A DNA stretch of 64,000 bases. It comes from Eledone cirrhosa. Lineage: Eukaryota. Under the pieces are notes generated by a model. It was not told the origin of the DNA and made no database searches. It saw only the letters and a list, made by a program, of their open reading frames with translations. Of this stretch, positions 35,801 to 49,700 are shown one piece after another. Numbering within the stretch: the stretch's first letter is position 1; each line of letters opens with the position of its first letter. The stretch spans positions 128,278,001 through 128,342,000 of the forward strand of contig OZ024744.1 of the NCBI GenBank assembly GCA_964016885.1. The letters run 5' to 3'. The position numbers and the translations under genes are program-made.

Positions 35801-38800
35801 AAGTTGGGGTTAAGCTAAGTTGGGGTTAAGTTAATTTGCGGTTAAGTTAGGTTGTGGGTTAAGTTAAGTTGGGGGTAAGTTAAGTTGGGGGTAAGTTAAG
35901 TTGGGGTTAAATTAAGTTGGGGTTAAGTTAAGTTGGGCTTAAGTTAAGTTGGGGTTAAGTTAAGTTGGGGTTAAGTTAAGTTGGCGTTAAGTTAAGTTGG
36001 GGTAAAGTTAAGTTGGGGTAAAGTTAAGTTGGGGTTAAGTTAAGTTGGGGTTAAGTTAAGTTGGGGTTAAGTTAAGTTGGGGTTAAGTCAAGTTGGGGTT
36101 AAGTCAAGTTGGGGTTAAGTCAAGTTGGGGTTAAGTTAAGTTGGGGTTAAGTTAAGTTGGGGGTAAGTTAAGTTGGGTGTAAGTTAAGTTGGGGTTAAGT
36201 TAAGTTGTGGTTAAGTTCAGTTTCGGTTAAGTTAAGTTGGGGTTAAGTTAAGCTGGGGGTAATTTAAGTTGGGTGTAAGTTAAGTTGGGGTTAAATTAAG
36301 TTGGGGTTAAGTTAAGTTGGGGTTATGTTAAGTTGGTGTTAAGTTAAGTTGGGGTTAAGTTAAGTTGGGGTTAAGTTAAGTTGAGGTTAAGTTAAGTTGG
36401 AGTTAAGTTAAGTTGGGGTTAAGTTAAGTTGGAGTTAAGTTAAGTTGGGGTTAAGCTAAGTTGGGGTTAAGTTAATTTGCGGTTAAGTTAGGTTGTGGGT
36501 TAAGTTAAGTTGGGGTTAAGTTAAGCTGGGGTTAAGTTAGGGTAAGTTAAGTTGGGGGTAAGTTAAGTTGGGGTTAAGTTAAGTTGGGGTTAAGTTAAGT
36601 TGGGGTTAAGTTAAGTTGGGGTTAAGTTAAGTTGGGGTTGAGTTAAGTTGGGGTTGAGTTAAGTTGGGGTTAAGTTAAGTTGGGGTTAAGTTAAGTTGGG
36701 GGTAAGTTAAGTTGGGGGCAAGTTAAGTTGGGGTTAAGTTAAGTTGGGGTTAAGTTAAGTTGGGGTTAAGTTAAGTTGGGGTTAAGTTAAGTTGGGGTTA
36801 AGTTAAGTTAGGGTTAATTTCAGTTGGGGTTACGTTAAGTTGGGGTTAAGTTAAGTTGGGGTTAAGTTAAAGTTGGGGTTAAGTTAAGTTGGGGTAAAGT
36901 TAAGTTAGGGTTAAGTTAAGTTGGGGTTAAGTTAAGTTGGGGTTAAATTAAGTTGGGGTTAAGTTAAGTTGGGGTTAAGTTAAGTTGGGGTTAAGTTAAG
37001 TTGGCGTTAAGTTAAGTTGGGGTTATGTTAAGTTGGGGTTAAATTAAGTTGGGGTTATGTTAAGTTGGGGTTAATTTAAGTTGGGGTTAAGTTAAGTTGG
37101 GGTTAAGTTAAGTTGGAGTTAAGTCAAGTTGGGGTTAAGTCAAGTTGGGGTTAAGTCAAGTTGGGGTTAAGTCAACTTGGGGTTAAGTTAAGTTGGGGTT
37201 AAGTTAAGTTGGGGTTAAGTTAAGTTGGGGGTAAGTTAAGTTGGGTGTAAGTTAAGTTGGGGTTAAGTTAAGTTGGGGTTCAGTTCAGTTGGGGTTAAGT
37301 TAAGTTGGGGTTAAGTTAAGTTAGAGTTAAGTTAAGTTGGAGTTAAGTTAAGTTGGGGTTAAGCTAAGTTGGGGTTAAGTTAAGTTGGCGTTAAGTTAAG
37401 TTGGGGTTAAGCTAAGTTGGGGTTAAGTTAATTTGCGGTTAAGTTAGGTTGTGGGTTAAGTTAAGTTGGGGGTAAGTTAAGTTGGGGGTAAGTTAAGTTG
37501 GGGTTAAGTTAAGTTGGGGTTAAGTTAAGTTGGGGTTAAGTTAAGTTGGGGTTAAGTTAAGTTGGCGTTAAGTTAAGTTGGGGTAAAGTTAAGTTGGGGT
37601 AAAGTTAAGTTGGGGTTAAGTTAAGTTGGGGTTAAGTTAAGTTGGGGTTAAGTTAAGTTGGGATTAAGTCAAGTTGGGGTTAAGTCAAGTTGGGGTTAAG
37701 TCAAGTTGGGGTTAAGTTAAGTTGGGGTTAAGTTAAGTTGGGGGTAAGTTAAGTTGGGTGTAAGTTAAGTTGGGGTTAAGTTAAGTTGTGGTTAAGTTCA
37801 GTTTGGGTTAAGTTAAGTTGGGGTTAAGTTAAGCTGGGGGTAAGTTAAGTTGGGTGTAAGTTAAGTTGGGGTTAAATTAAGTTGGGGTTAAGTTAAGTTG
37901 GGGTTATGTTAAGTTGGGGTTAAGTTAAGTTGGGGTTAAGTTAAGTTGGGGTTAAGTTAATTTGCGGTTAAGTTAGGTTGTGGGTTAAGTTACGTTGGGG
38001 TTAAGTTAAGCTGGGGTTAAGTTAGGGTAAGTTAAGTTGGGGGTAAGTTAAGTTGGGGTTAAGTTAAGTTGGGGTTAAGTTAAGTTGGGGTTAAGTTAAG
38101 TTGGGGTTAAGTTAAGTTGGGGTTAAGTTAAGTTAGGGTTAATTTCAGTTGGGGTTATGTTAAGTTGGGGTTAAGTTAAGTTGGGTTAAGTTAAAGTTGG
38201 GGTTAAGTTAAGTTGGGGTAAAGTTAAGTTAGGGTTAAGTTAAGTTGGGGTTAAGTTAAGTTGGGGTTAAATTAAGTTGGGGTTAAGTTAAGTTGGGGTT
38301 AAGTTAAGTTGGGGTTAAATTAAGTTGGGGTTCAGTTAAGTTGGGGTTAAATTAAGTTGGGGTTAAGTTAAGTTGGGGTTAGTTAAGTTGGGGTTAAGTT
38401 AAGTTGGGGTTAAGTTAAGTTGGGGTTAAGTTAAGTTGGGGTTAAGTTAAGTTGGCGTTAAGTTAAGTTGGGGTTATGTTAAGTTGGGGTTAAATTAAGT
38501 TGGGGTTAAGTTAAGTTGGGGTTAATTTAAGTTGGGGTTAAGTTAAGTTGGGGTTAAGTTAAGTTGGTGTTAAGTCAAGTTGGGGTTAAGTCAAGTTGGG
38601 GTTAAGTCAAGTTGGGGTTAAGTCAAGTTGGGGTTAAGTTAAGTTGGGGTTAAGTTAAGTTGGGGGTAAGTTAAGTTGGGTGTAAGTTAAGTTGGGGTTA
38701 AGTTAAGTTGGGGTTCAGTTCAGTTGGGGTTAAGTTAAGTTGGGGTTAAGTTAAGTTGGAGTTAAGTTAAGTTGGAGTTAAGTTAAGTTGGGGTTAAGCT

Positions 38801-38980
38801 AAGTTGGGGTTCAGTTAAGTTGGGGTTAAGTTAATTTGGGGCTGAGTTAAGTTGGGGTTAAGTTAAGATCGGGTTGAGTTAAGTTGGGGTTAAGTTAAGT
38901 TGGGGTTAAGTTAAGTTGGGGTTAAGTTAAGTTGGGGTTAAGATAAGTTGGGGTTAAGTTAAGTTGGGGTTAATTTACGT
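32820..38980 (+). repeat. ~1.6 kb block (~32820-34440) recopied at ~37380-38980
   Basis: GTTACGTTGGGG directly after the GTGGG module at ~33431/37989 (offset 4558); GATC 34325/38867 (offset 4542, one monomer less). Confidence 0.82.
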
Positions 38981-41900
38981 TGGGGGTAAGTTAAGTTGGG
39001 GTTAAATTAAGTTGGGGTTAAGTTAAGTTGGGGTTAAGTTAAGTTGGGGTTAAGTTAAGTTGGGGTTAAGTTAAGTTGGCGTTAAGTTAAGTTGGGGTAA
39101 AGTTAAGTTGGGGTAAAGTTAAGTTGGGGTTAAGTTAAGTTGGGGTTAAGTTAAGTTGGGGTTAAGTTAAGTTGGGGTTAAGTCAAGTTGGGGTTAAGTC
39201 AAGTTGGGGTTAAGTCAAGTTGGGGTTAAGTTAAGTTGGGGTTAAGTTAAGTTGGGGGTAAGTTAAGTTGGGTGTAAGTTAAGTTGGGGTTAAGTTAAGT
39301 TGTGGTTAAGTTCAGTTTGGGTTAAGTTAAGTTGGGGTTAAGTTAAGCTGGGGGTAAGTTAAGTTGGGTGTAAGTTAAGTTGGGGTTAAATTAAGTTGGG
39401 GTTAAGTTAAGTTGGGGTTATGTTAAGTTGGGGTTAAGTTAAGTTGGGGTTAAGTTAAGTTGGGGTTAAGTTAAGTTGAGGTTAAGTTAAGTTGGAGTTA
39501 AGTTAAGTTGGGGTTAAGTTAAGTTGGAGTTAAGTTAAGTTGGGGTTAAGCTAAGTTGGGGTTAAGTTAATTTGCGGTTAAGTTAGGTTGTGGGTTAAGT
39601 TAAGTTGGGGTTAAGTTAAGCTGGGGTTAAGTTAGGGTAAGTTAAGTTGGGGGTAAGTTAAGTTGGGGTTAAGTTAAGTTGGGGTTAAGTTAAGTTGGGA
39701 TTAAGTTAAGTTGGGGTTAAGTTAAGTTGGGGTTGAGTTAAGTTGGGGTTAAGTTAAGTTGGGGTTAAGTTAAGTTGGGGTTAAGTTAAGTTGGGGTTAA
39801 GTTAAGTTGGGGGTAAGTTAAGTTGGGGGCAAGTTAAGTTGGGGTTAAGTTAAGTTGGGGTTAAGTTAAGTTGGGGTTAAGTTAAGTTGGGGTTAAGTTA
39901 AGTTAGGGTTAATTTCAGTTGGGGTTATGTTAAGTTGGGGTTAAGTTAAGTTGGAGTTAAGTTAAGTTGGAGTTAAGTTAAGTTGGGGTTAAGCTAAGTT
40001 GGGGTTCAGTTAAGTTGGGGTTAAGTTAATTTGGGGCTGAGTTAAGTTGGGGTTAAGTTAAGATCGGGTTGAGTTAAGTTGGGGTTAAGTTAAGTTGGGG
40101 TTAAGTTAAGTTGGGGCTAAGTTAAGTTGGGGTTAAGATAAGTTGGGGTTAAGTTAAGTTGGGGTTAATTTACGTTGGGGTTGAGTTAATTTGGGTTTAA
40201 GTTAAGTTGGGCTTAACTTACTTGGGGTTAAGTTGGGGTTAAGTTAAGTTGGGGTTAAGTTAAGTTGGGGGTAAGTTAAGTTGGGGGCAAGTTAAGTTGG
40301 GGTTAATTTAAGTTGGGGTTAAGTTAAGTTGGGGTTATGTTAAGTTGGGGTTAAGTTAAGTTGGGGTTAAGTTAAGTTGGGGGTAACTTAAGTTGGGGTT
40401 AAGTTAAGTTGAGGGTAAGTTAAGTTGAGGGTAAGTTAAATTGAGGTTAAGTTAAGTTGGGGTTAAGTTAAGTTGGGGGTAAGTTAAGTTGGGGTTAAGT
40501 TAAGTTGGGGATAAATTAAGTTGAGGTTAAGTTAATTTGGGGTTAAGTTAAGTTGGGGTTAAGTTAAGTTGGGGGTAAGAGAAGTTGGGGCTAAGTTAAG
40601 TTGGGGCTAAGTCAAGTTGGGGTTAAGTCAAGTTGAGGTTAACTTAAGTTGGGGTTAAGTTAAGTTGGGGTTAAGTTAAGTTGGGGTTAAGGTAAGTTGG
40701 GGTTAAGTTAAGTTGAGGGTAAGTTAAGTTGGGGTTCAGTTAAGTTGGGGTTAAATTAAGTTGGGGGTAAGTTAAGTTGGGGGTAAGTTAAGTTGGGGTT
40801 AATTTAAGTTGGGGTTAAATTAAGTTGAGGTTAAGTTAAGTTGGGGTTAAGTTAAATTGGGGTTAATTTAAGTTGGGGGTAAGATAAGTTGGGGCTAAGT
40901 TAAGTTGGGGCTAAGTCAAGTTGGGGTTAAGTCAAGTTGAGGTTAACTTAAGTTGGGGTTATGTTAAGTTGGGGCTAAGTTAAGTTGGGGCTAAGTTAAG
41001 TTGGGGCTGAGTTAAGTTGGGGTTAAGTTAAGTTGGGGTTAAGTTAAGTTCGGCTTGAGTTAAGTTGGGGTTAAGTTAAGTTGGGGTTAATTTAAGTTGG
41101 GGTTAAGTTAAGTTGGGGTTAAGATAAGTTGGGGTTAAGTTAAGTTGGGGTTAAGTTAAGTTGGGGTTGAGTTAATTTGGGGTTAAGTTAAGTTGGGGTT
41201 AAGTTAAGTTGGGGTTAAGTTAAGTTGGGGTTAAGTTAAGTTGGGGGTAGGTTAAGTTGGGGGCAAGTTAAGTTGGGGTTAAGTTAAGTTGGGGTTAAGT
41301 TAAGTTGGGTTTCAGTTAAGTTGGGGCTAAGTTAAGTTGGGGCTAAGTTAAGTTGGGGCTGAGTTAAGTTGGGGTTAAGTTAAGTTGGGGTTGAATTAAG
41401 TTGGGGTTATGTTAAGTTAGGGTTGAGTTAAGTTGGGGTTGAGTTAAGTTGGGGTTAAGTTAAGTTGGCGTTAAGTTAAGTTGGGGTTAAGCTAAGTTGG
41501 GGTTAAGTTAATTTGCGGTTAAGTTAGGTTGTGGTTTAAGTTAAGTTGGGGGTAAGTTAAGTTGGGGGTAAGTTAAGTTGGGGTTAAATTAAGTTGGGGT
41601 TAAGTTAAGTTGGGCTTAAGTTAAGTTGGGGTTAAGTTAAGTTGGGGTTAAGTTAAGTTGGCGTTAAGTTAAGTTGGGGTTAAGTTAAGTTGGGGTTAAG
41701 TTAAGTTGGGGTTAAGTCAAGTTGGGGTTAAGTCAAGTTGGGGTTAAGTCAAGTTGGGGTTAAGTTAAGTTGGGGTTAAGTTGGGGGTAAGTTAAGTTGG
41801 GTGTAAGTTAAGTTGGGGTTAAGTTAAGTTGTGGTTAAGTTCAGTTTCGGTTAAGTTAAGTTGGGGTTAAGTTAAGCTGGGGGTAATTTAAGTTGGGTGT

Positions 41901-42970
41901 AAGTTAAGTTGGGGTTAAATTAAGTTGGGGTTAAGTTAAGTTGGGGTTATGTTAAGTTGGTGTTAAGTTAAGTTGGGGTTAAGTTAAGTTGGGGTTAAGT
42001 TAAGTTGAGGTTAAGTTAAGTTGGAGTTAAGTTAAGTTGGGGTTAAGTTAAGTTGGAGTTAAGTTAAGTTGGGGTTAAGCTAAGTTGGGGTTAAGTTAAT
42101 TTGCGGTTAAGTTAGGTTGTGGGTTAAGTTAAGTTGGGGTTAAGTTAAGCTGGGGTTAAGTTAGGGTAAGTTAAGTTGGGGGTAAGTTAAGTTGGGGTTA
42201 AGTTAAGTTGGGGTTAAGTTAAGTTGGGGTTAAGTTAAGTTGGGGTTAAGTTAAGTTGGGGTTGAGTTAAGTTGGGGTTGAGTTAAGTTGGGGTTAAGTT
42301 AAGTTGGGGTTAAGTTAAGTTGGGGTTAAGTTAAGTTGGGGTTAAGTTAAGTTGGGGGTAAGTTAAGTTGGGGGCAAGTTAAGTTGGGGTTAAGTTAAGT
42401 TGGGGTTAAGTTAAGTTGGGGTTAAGTTAAGTTGGGGTTAAGTTAAGTTGGGGTTAAGTTAAGTTAGGGTTAATTTCAGTTGGGGTTATGTTAAGTTGGG
42501 GTTAAGTTAAGTTGGGGTTAAGTTAAAGTTGGGGTTAAGTTAAGTTGGGGTAAAGTTAAGTTAGGGTTAAGTTAAGTTGGGGTTAAGTTAAGTTGGGGTT
42601 AAATTAAGTTGGGGTTAAGTTAAGTTGGGGTTAAGTTAAGTTGGGGTTAAGTTAAGTTGGCGTTAAGTTAAGTTGGGGTTATGTTAAGTTGGGGTTAAAT
42701 TAAGTTGGGGTTAAGTTAAGTTGGGGTTAATTTAAGTTGGGGTTAAGTCAAGTTGGGGTTAAGTCAAGTTGGGGTTAAGTCAACTTGGGGTTAAGTTAAG
42801 TTGGGGTTAAGTTAAGTTGGGGTTAAGTTAAGTTGGGGGTAAGTTAAGTTGGGTGTAAGTTAAGTTGGGGTTAAGTTAAGTTGGGGTTCAGTTCAGTTGG
42901 GGTTAAGTTAAGTTGGGGTTAAGTTAAGTTGGAGTTAAGTTAAGTTGGAGTTAAGTTAAGTTGGGGTTAA
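34200..42970 (+). repeat. ~3 kb block (~34200-37370) recopied at ~5.6-5.7 kb offset (~39950-42970)
   Basis: GATC 34325/40062; private TTTCGGTT 36221/41845 (offset 5624); CAACTTGGGG 37173/42781 (offset 5608). Confidence 0.82.
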
Positions 42971-43789
42971 GCTAAGTTGGGGTTCAGTTAAGTTGGGGTT
43001 AAGTTAATTTGGGGCTGAGTTAAGTTGGGGTTAAGTTAAGATCGGGTTGAGTTAAGTTGGGGTTAAGTTAAGTTGGGGTTAAGTTAAGTTGGGGTTAAGT
43101 TAAGTTGGGGTTAAGATAAGTTGGGGTTAAGTTAAGTTGGGGTTAATTTACGTTGGGGTTGAGTTAATTTGGGTTTAAGTTAAGTTGGGCTTAACTTAAG
43201 TTGGGGTTAAGTTGGGGTTAAGTTAAGTTGGGGTTAAGTTAAGTTGGGGGTAAGTTAAGTTGGGGGCAAGTTAAGTTGGGGTTAATTTAAGTTGGGGTTA
43301 AGTTAAGTTGGGGTTATGTTAAGTTGGGGTTAAGTTAAGTTGGGGTTAAGTTAAGTTGGGGGTAACTTAAGTTGGGGTTAAGTTAAGTTGAGGGTAAGTT
43401 AAGTTGAGGGTAAGTTAAATTGAGGTTAAGTTAAGTTGGGGTTAAGTTAAGTTGGGGGTAAGTTAAGTTGGGGGTAAGTTAAGTTGGGGTTAAGTTAAGT
43501 TGGGGATAAATTAAGTTGAGGTTAAGTTAATTTGGGGTTAAGTTAAGTTGGGGGTAAGAGAAGTTGGGGCTAAGTTAAGTTGGGGATAAGTCAAGTTGGG
43601 GTTAAGTCAAGTTGAGGTTAACTTAAGTTGGGGTTAAGTTAAGTTGGGGTTAAGTTAAGTTGGGGTTAAGGTAAGTTGGGGTTAAGTTAAGTTGAGGGTA
43701 AGTTAAGTTGGGGTTCAGTTAAGTTGGGGTTAAATTAAGTTGGGGGTAAGTTAAGTTGGGGGTAAGTTAAGTTGGGGTTAAGTTAAGTT

Positions 43790-46700
43790 GGGGTTAAATT
43801 AAGTTGAGGTTAAGTTAAGTTGGGGTTAAGTTAAATTGGGGTTAATTTAAGTTGGGGGTAAGATAAGTTGGGGCTAAGTTAAGTTGGGGCTAAGTCAAGT
43901 TGGGGTTAAGTCAAGTTGAGGTTAACTTAAGTTGGGGTTATGTTAAGTTGGGGCTAAGTTAAGTTGGGGCTCAGTTAAGTTGGGGCTGAGTTAAGTTGGG
44001 GTTAAGTTAAGTTGGGATTAAGTTAAGTTGGGGTTAAGTTAAGTTCGGCTTGAGTTAAGTTGGGGTTAAGTTAAGTTGGGGTTAATTTAAGTTGGGGTTA
44101 AATTAAGTTGGGGTTAAGATAAGTTGGGGTTAAGTTAAGTTAGGGTTAAGTTAAGTTGGGGTTGAGTTAATTTGGGGTTAAGTTAAGTTGGGGTTAACTT
44201 AAGTTGGGGTTAAGTTGGGGTTAACTTAAGTTGGGGTTAAGTTGGGGTTAACTTAAGTTGGGGTTAAGTTAAGTTGGGGGTAGGTTAAGTTGGGGGCAAG
44301 TTAAGTTGGGGTTAAGTTAAGTTGGGGTTAAGTTAAGTTGGGTTTCAGTTAAGTTGGGGCTAAGTTAAGTTGGGGCTAAGTTAAGTTGGGGCTGAGTTAA
44401 GTTGGGGTTAAGTTAAGTTGGGGTTGAATTAAGTTGGGGTTATGTTAAGTTAGGGTTGAGTTAAGTTGGGGTTGAGTTAAGTTGGGGTTAAGTTAAGTTG
44501 GCGTTAAGTTAAGTTGGGGTTAAGCTAAGTTGGGGTTAAGTTAATTTGCGGTTAAGTTAGGTTGTGGGTTAAGTTAAGTTGGGGGTAAGTTAAGTTGGGG
44601 GTAAGTTAAGTTGGGGTTAAATTAAGTTGGGGTTAAGTTAAGTTGGGGTTAAGTTAAGTTGGGGTTAAGTTAAGTTGGGGTTAAGTTAAGTTGGCGTTAA
44701 GTTAAGTTGGGGTAAAGTTAAGTTGGGGTAAAGTTAAGTTGGGGTTAAGTTAAGTTGGGGTTAAGTTAAGTTGGGTTAAGTTAAGTTGGGGTTAAGTCAA
44801 GTTGGGGTTAAGTCAAGTTGGGGTTAAGTCAAGTTGGGGTTAAGTTAAGTTGGGGTTAAGTTAAGTTGGGGGTAAGTTAAGTTGGGTGTAAGTTAAGTTG
44901 GGGTTAAGTTAAGTTGTGGTTAAGTTCAGTTTGGGTTAAGTTAAGTTGGGGTTAAGTTAAGCTGGGGGTAAGTTAAGTTGGGTGTAAGTTAAGTTGGGGT
45001 TAAATTAAGTTGGGGTTAAGTTAAGTTGGGGTTATGTTAAGTTGGGGTTAAGTTAAGTTGGGGTTAAGTTAAGTTGGGGTTAAGTTAAGTTGAGGTTAAG
45101 TTAAGTTGGAGTTAAGTTAAGTTGGGGTTAAGTTAAGTTGGAGTTAAGTTAAGTTGGGGTTAAGCTAAGTTGGGGTTAAGTTTATTTGCGGTTAAGTTAG
45201 GTTGTGGGTTAAGTTAAGTTGGGGTTAAGTTAAGCTGGGGTTAAGTTAGGGTAAGTTAAGTTGGGGGTAAGTTAAGTTGGGGTTAAGTTAAGTTGGGGTT
45301 AAGTTAAGTTGGGATTAAGTTAAGTTGGGGTTAAGTTAAGTTGGGGTTGAGTTAAGTTGGGGTTAAGTTAAGTTGGGGTTAAGTTAAGTTGGGGTTAAGT
45401 TAAGTTGGGGTTAAGTTAAGTTGGGGGTAAGTTAAGTTGGGGGCAAGTTAAGTTGGGGTTAAGTTAAGTTGGGGTTAAGTTAAGTTGGGGTTAAGTTAAG
45501 TTGGGGTTAAGTTAAGTTGGGGTTAAGTTAAGTTGGGGTTAAGTTAAGTTAGGGTTAATTTCAGTTGGGGTTATGTTAAGTTGGGGTTAAGTTAAGTTGG
45601 AGTTAAGTTAAGTTGGAGTTAAGTTAAGTTGGGGTTAAGCTAAGTTGGGGTTCAGTTAAGTTGGGGTTAAGTTAATTTGGGGCTGAGTTAAGTTGGGGTT
45701 AAGTTAAGATCGGGTTGAGTTAAGTTGGGGTTAAGTTAAGTTGGGGTTAAGTTAAGTTGGGGTTAAGTTAAGTTGGGGTTAAGATAAGTTGGGGTTAAGT
45801 TAAGTTGGGGTTAATTTACGTTGGGGTTGAGTTAATTTGGGTTTAAGTTAAGTTGGGCTTAACTTACTTGGGGTTAAGTTGGGGTTAAGTTAAGTTGGGG
45901 TTAAGTTAAGTTGGGGGTAAGTTAAGTTGGGGGCAAGTTAAGTTGGGGTTAATTTAAGTTGGGGTTAAGTTAAGTTGGGGTTATGTTAAGTTGGGGTTAA
46001 GTTAAGTTGGGGTTAAGTTAAGTTGGGGGTAACTTAAGTTGGGGTTAAGTTAAGTTGAGGGTAAGTTAAGTTGAGGGTAAGTTAAATTGAGGTTAAGTTA
46101 AGTTGGGGTTAAGTTAAGTTGGGGGTAAGTTAAGTTGGGGTTAAGTTAAGTTGGGGATAAATTAAGTTGAGGTTAAGTTAATTTGGGGTTAAGTTAAGTT
46201 GGGGTTAAGTTAAGTTGGGGGTAAGAGAAGTTGGGGCTAAGTTAAGTTGGGGCTAAGTCAAGTTGGGGTTAAGTCAAGTTGAGGTTAACTTAAGTTGGGG
46301 TTAAGTTAAGTTGGGGTTAAGTTAAGTTGGGGTTAAGGTAAGTTGGGGTTAAGTTAAGTTGAGGGTAAGTTAAGTTGGGGTTCAGTTAAGTTGGGGTTAA
46401 ATTAAGTTGGGGGTAAGTTAAGTTGGGGGTAAGTTAAGTTGGGGTTAATTTAAGTTGGGGTTAAATTAAGTTGAGGTTAAGTTAAGTTGGGGTTAAGTTA
46501 AATTGGGGTTAATTTAAGTTGGGGGTAAGATAAGTTGGGGCTAAGTTAAGTTGGGGCTAAGTCAAGTTGGGGTTAAGTCAAGTTGAGGTTAACTTAAGTT
46601 GGGGTTATGTTAAGTTGGGGTTAAGTTAAGTTGGGGCAAGTTAAGTTGGGGTTAATTTAAGTTGGGGTTAAGTTAAGTTGGGGTTATGTTAAGTTGGGGT

Positions 46701-49700
46701 TAAGTTAAGTTGGGGTTAAGTTAAGTTGGGGGTAAGTTAAGTTGGGGTTAAGTTAAGTTGGGGGTAAGTTAAGTTGAGGGTAAGTTAAGTTGGGGTTAAG
46801 TCAAGTTGGGGTTAAGTTAAGTTGGGGTTAAGTTAAGTTGGGGTTCAGTTAAGTTGGGGTTGAGTTAAGTTGGGGTTGAGTTAAGTTGGGGTTAAGTTAA
46901 GTTGGGTGTAAGTTAAGTTGGGGTTAAGTTAAGTTGGGGTTAAGTTAAGTTGGGGTTAAATTAAGTTGAGGTTAAGTTAAGTTGGGGTTAAGTTAAATTG
47001 GAGTTAATTTAAGTTGGGGGTAAGATAAGTTGGGGCTAAGTTAAGTTGGGGCTAAGTCAAGTTGGGGTTAAGTCAAGTTGAGGTTAACTTAAGTTGGGGT
47101 TATGTTAAGTTGGGGCTAAGTTAAGTTGGGGCTCATTTAAGTTGGGGCTGAGTTAAGTTGGGGTTAAGTTAAGTTGGGATTAAGTTAAGTTGGGGTTAAG
47201 TTAAGTTCGGCTTGAGTTAAGTTGGGGTTAAGTTAAGTTGGGGTTAATTTAAGTTGGGGTTAAATTAAGTTGGGGTTAAGATAAGTTGGGGTTAAGTTAA
47301 GTTAGGGTTAAGTTAAGTTGGGGTTGAGTTAATTTGGGGTTAAGTTAAGTTGGGGTTAACTTAAGTTGGGGTTAAGTTGGGGTTAACTTAAGTTGGGGTT
47401 AAGTTGGGGTTAACTTAAGTTGGGGTTAAGTTAAGTTGGGGGTAGGTTAAGTTGGGGGCAAGTTAAGTTGGGGTTAAGTTAAGTTGGGGTTAAGTTAAGT
47501 TGGGTTTCAGTTAAGTTGGGGCTAAGTTAAGTTGGGGCTAAGTTAAGTTGGGGCTGAGTTAAGTTGGGGTTAAGTTAAGTTGGGGTTGAATTAAGTTGGG
47601 GTTATGTTAAGTTAGGGTTGAGTTAAGTTGGGGTTGAGTTAAGTTGGGGTTAAGTTAAGTTGGCGTTAAGTTAAGTTGGGGTTAAGCTAAGTTGGGGTTA
47701 AGTTAATTTGCGGTTAAGTTAGGTTGTGGGTTAAGTTAAGTTGGGGGTAAGTTAAGTTGGGGGTAAGTTAAGTTGGGGTTAAATTAAGTTGGGGTTAAGT
47801 TAAGTTGGGGTTAAGTTAAGTTGGGGTTAAGTTAAGTTGGGGTTAAGTTAAGTTGGCGTTAAGTTAAGTTGGGGTAAAGTTAAGTTGGGGTAAAGTTAAG
47901 TTGGGGTTAAGTTAAGTTGGGGTTAAGTTAAGTTGGGGTTAAGTTAAGTTGGGGTTAAGTCAAGTTGGGGTTAAGTCAAGTTGGGGTTAAGTCAAGTTGG
48001 GGTTAAGTTAAGTTGGGGTTAAGTTAAGTTGGGGGTAAGTTAAGTTGGGTGTAAGTTAAGTTGGGGTTAAGTTAAGTTGTGGTTAAGTTCAGTTTGGGTT
48101 AAGTTAAATTGGGGTTAAGTTAAGCTGGGGGTAAGTTAAGTTGGGTGTAAGTTAAGTTGGGGTTAAATTAAGTTGGGGTTAAGTTAAGTTGGGGTTATGT
48201 TAAGTTGGGGTTAAGTTAAGTTGGGGTTAAGTTAAGTTGGGGTTACGTTAAGTTGAGGTTAAGTTAAGTTGGAGTTAAGTTAAGTTGGGGTTAAGTTAAG
48301 TTGGAGTTAAGTTAAGTTGGGGTTAAGCTAAGTTGGGGTTAAGTTTATTTGCGGTTAAGTTAGGTTGTGGGTTAAGTTAAGTTGGGGTTAAGTTAAGCTG
48401 GGGTTAAGTTAGGGTAAGTTAAGTTGGGGGTAAGTTAAGTTGGGGTTAAGTTAAGTTGGGGTTAAGTTAAGTTGGGATTAAGTTAAGTTGGGGTTAAGTT
48501 AAGTTGGGGTTGAGTTAAGTTGGGGTTAAGTTAAGTTGGGGTTAAGTTAAGTTGGGGTTAAGTTAAGTTGGGGTTAAGTTAAGTTGGGGGTAAGTTAAGT
48601 TGGGGGCAAGTTAAGTTGGGGTTAAGTTAAGTTGGGGTTAAGTTAAGTTGGGGTTAAGTTAAGTTGGGGTTAAGTTAAGTTGGGGTTAAGTTAAGTTAGG
48701 GTTAATTTCAGTTGGGGTTATGTTAAGTTGGGGTTAAGTTAAGTTGGAGTTAAGTTAAGTTGGAGTTAAGTTAAGTTGGGGTTAAGCTAAGTTGGGGTTC
48801 AGTTAAGTTGGGGTTAAGTTAATTTGGGGCTGAGTTAAGTTGGGGTTAAGTTAAGATCGGGTTGAGTTAAGTTGGGGTTAAGTTAAGTTGGGGTTAAGTT
48901 AAGTTGGGGTTAAGTTAAGTTGGGGTTAAGATAAGTTGGTGTTAAGTTAAGTTGGGGTTAATTTACGTTGGGGTTGAGTTAATTTGGGTTTAAGTTAAGT
49001 TGGGCTTAACTTACCTGGGGTTAAGTTGGGGTTAAGTTAAGTTGGGGTTAAGTTAAGTTGGGGGTAAGTTAAGTTGGGGGCAAGTTAAGTTGGGGTTAAT
49101 TTAAGTTGGGGTTAAGTTAAGTTGGGGTTATGTTAAGTTGGGGTTAAGTTAAGTTGGGGTTAAGTTAAGTTGGGGGTAACTTAAGTTGGGGTTAAGTTAA
49201 GTTGAGGGTAAGTTAAGTTGAGGGTAAGTTAAATTGAGGTTAAGTTAAGTTGGGGTTAAGTTAAGTTGGGGGTAAGTTAAGTTGGGGTTAAGTTAAGTTG
49301 GGGATAAATTAAGTTGAGGTTAAGTTAATTTGGGGTTAAGTTAAGTTGGGGTTAAGTTAAGGGTAAGAGAAGTTGGGGCTAAGTTAAGTTGGGGCTAAGT
49401 CAAGTTGGGGTTAAGTCAAGTTGAGGTTAACTTAAGTTGGGGTTAAGTTAAGTTGGGGTTAAGTTAAGTTGGGGTTAAGGTAAGTTGGGGTTAAGTTAAG
49501 TTGAGGGTAAGTTAAGTTGGGGTTCAGTTAAGTTGGGGTTAAATTAAGTTGGGGGTAAGTTAAGTTGGGGGTAAGTTAAGTTGGGGTTAATTTAAGTTGG
49601 GGTTAAATTAAGTTGAGGTTAAGTTAAGTTGGGGTTAAGTTAAATTGGGGTTAATTTAAGTTGGGGGTAAGATAAGTTGGGGCTAAGTTAAGTTGGGGCT

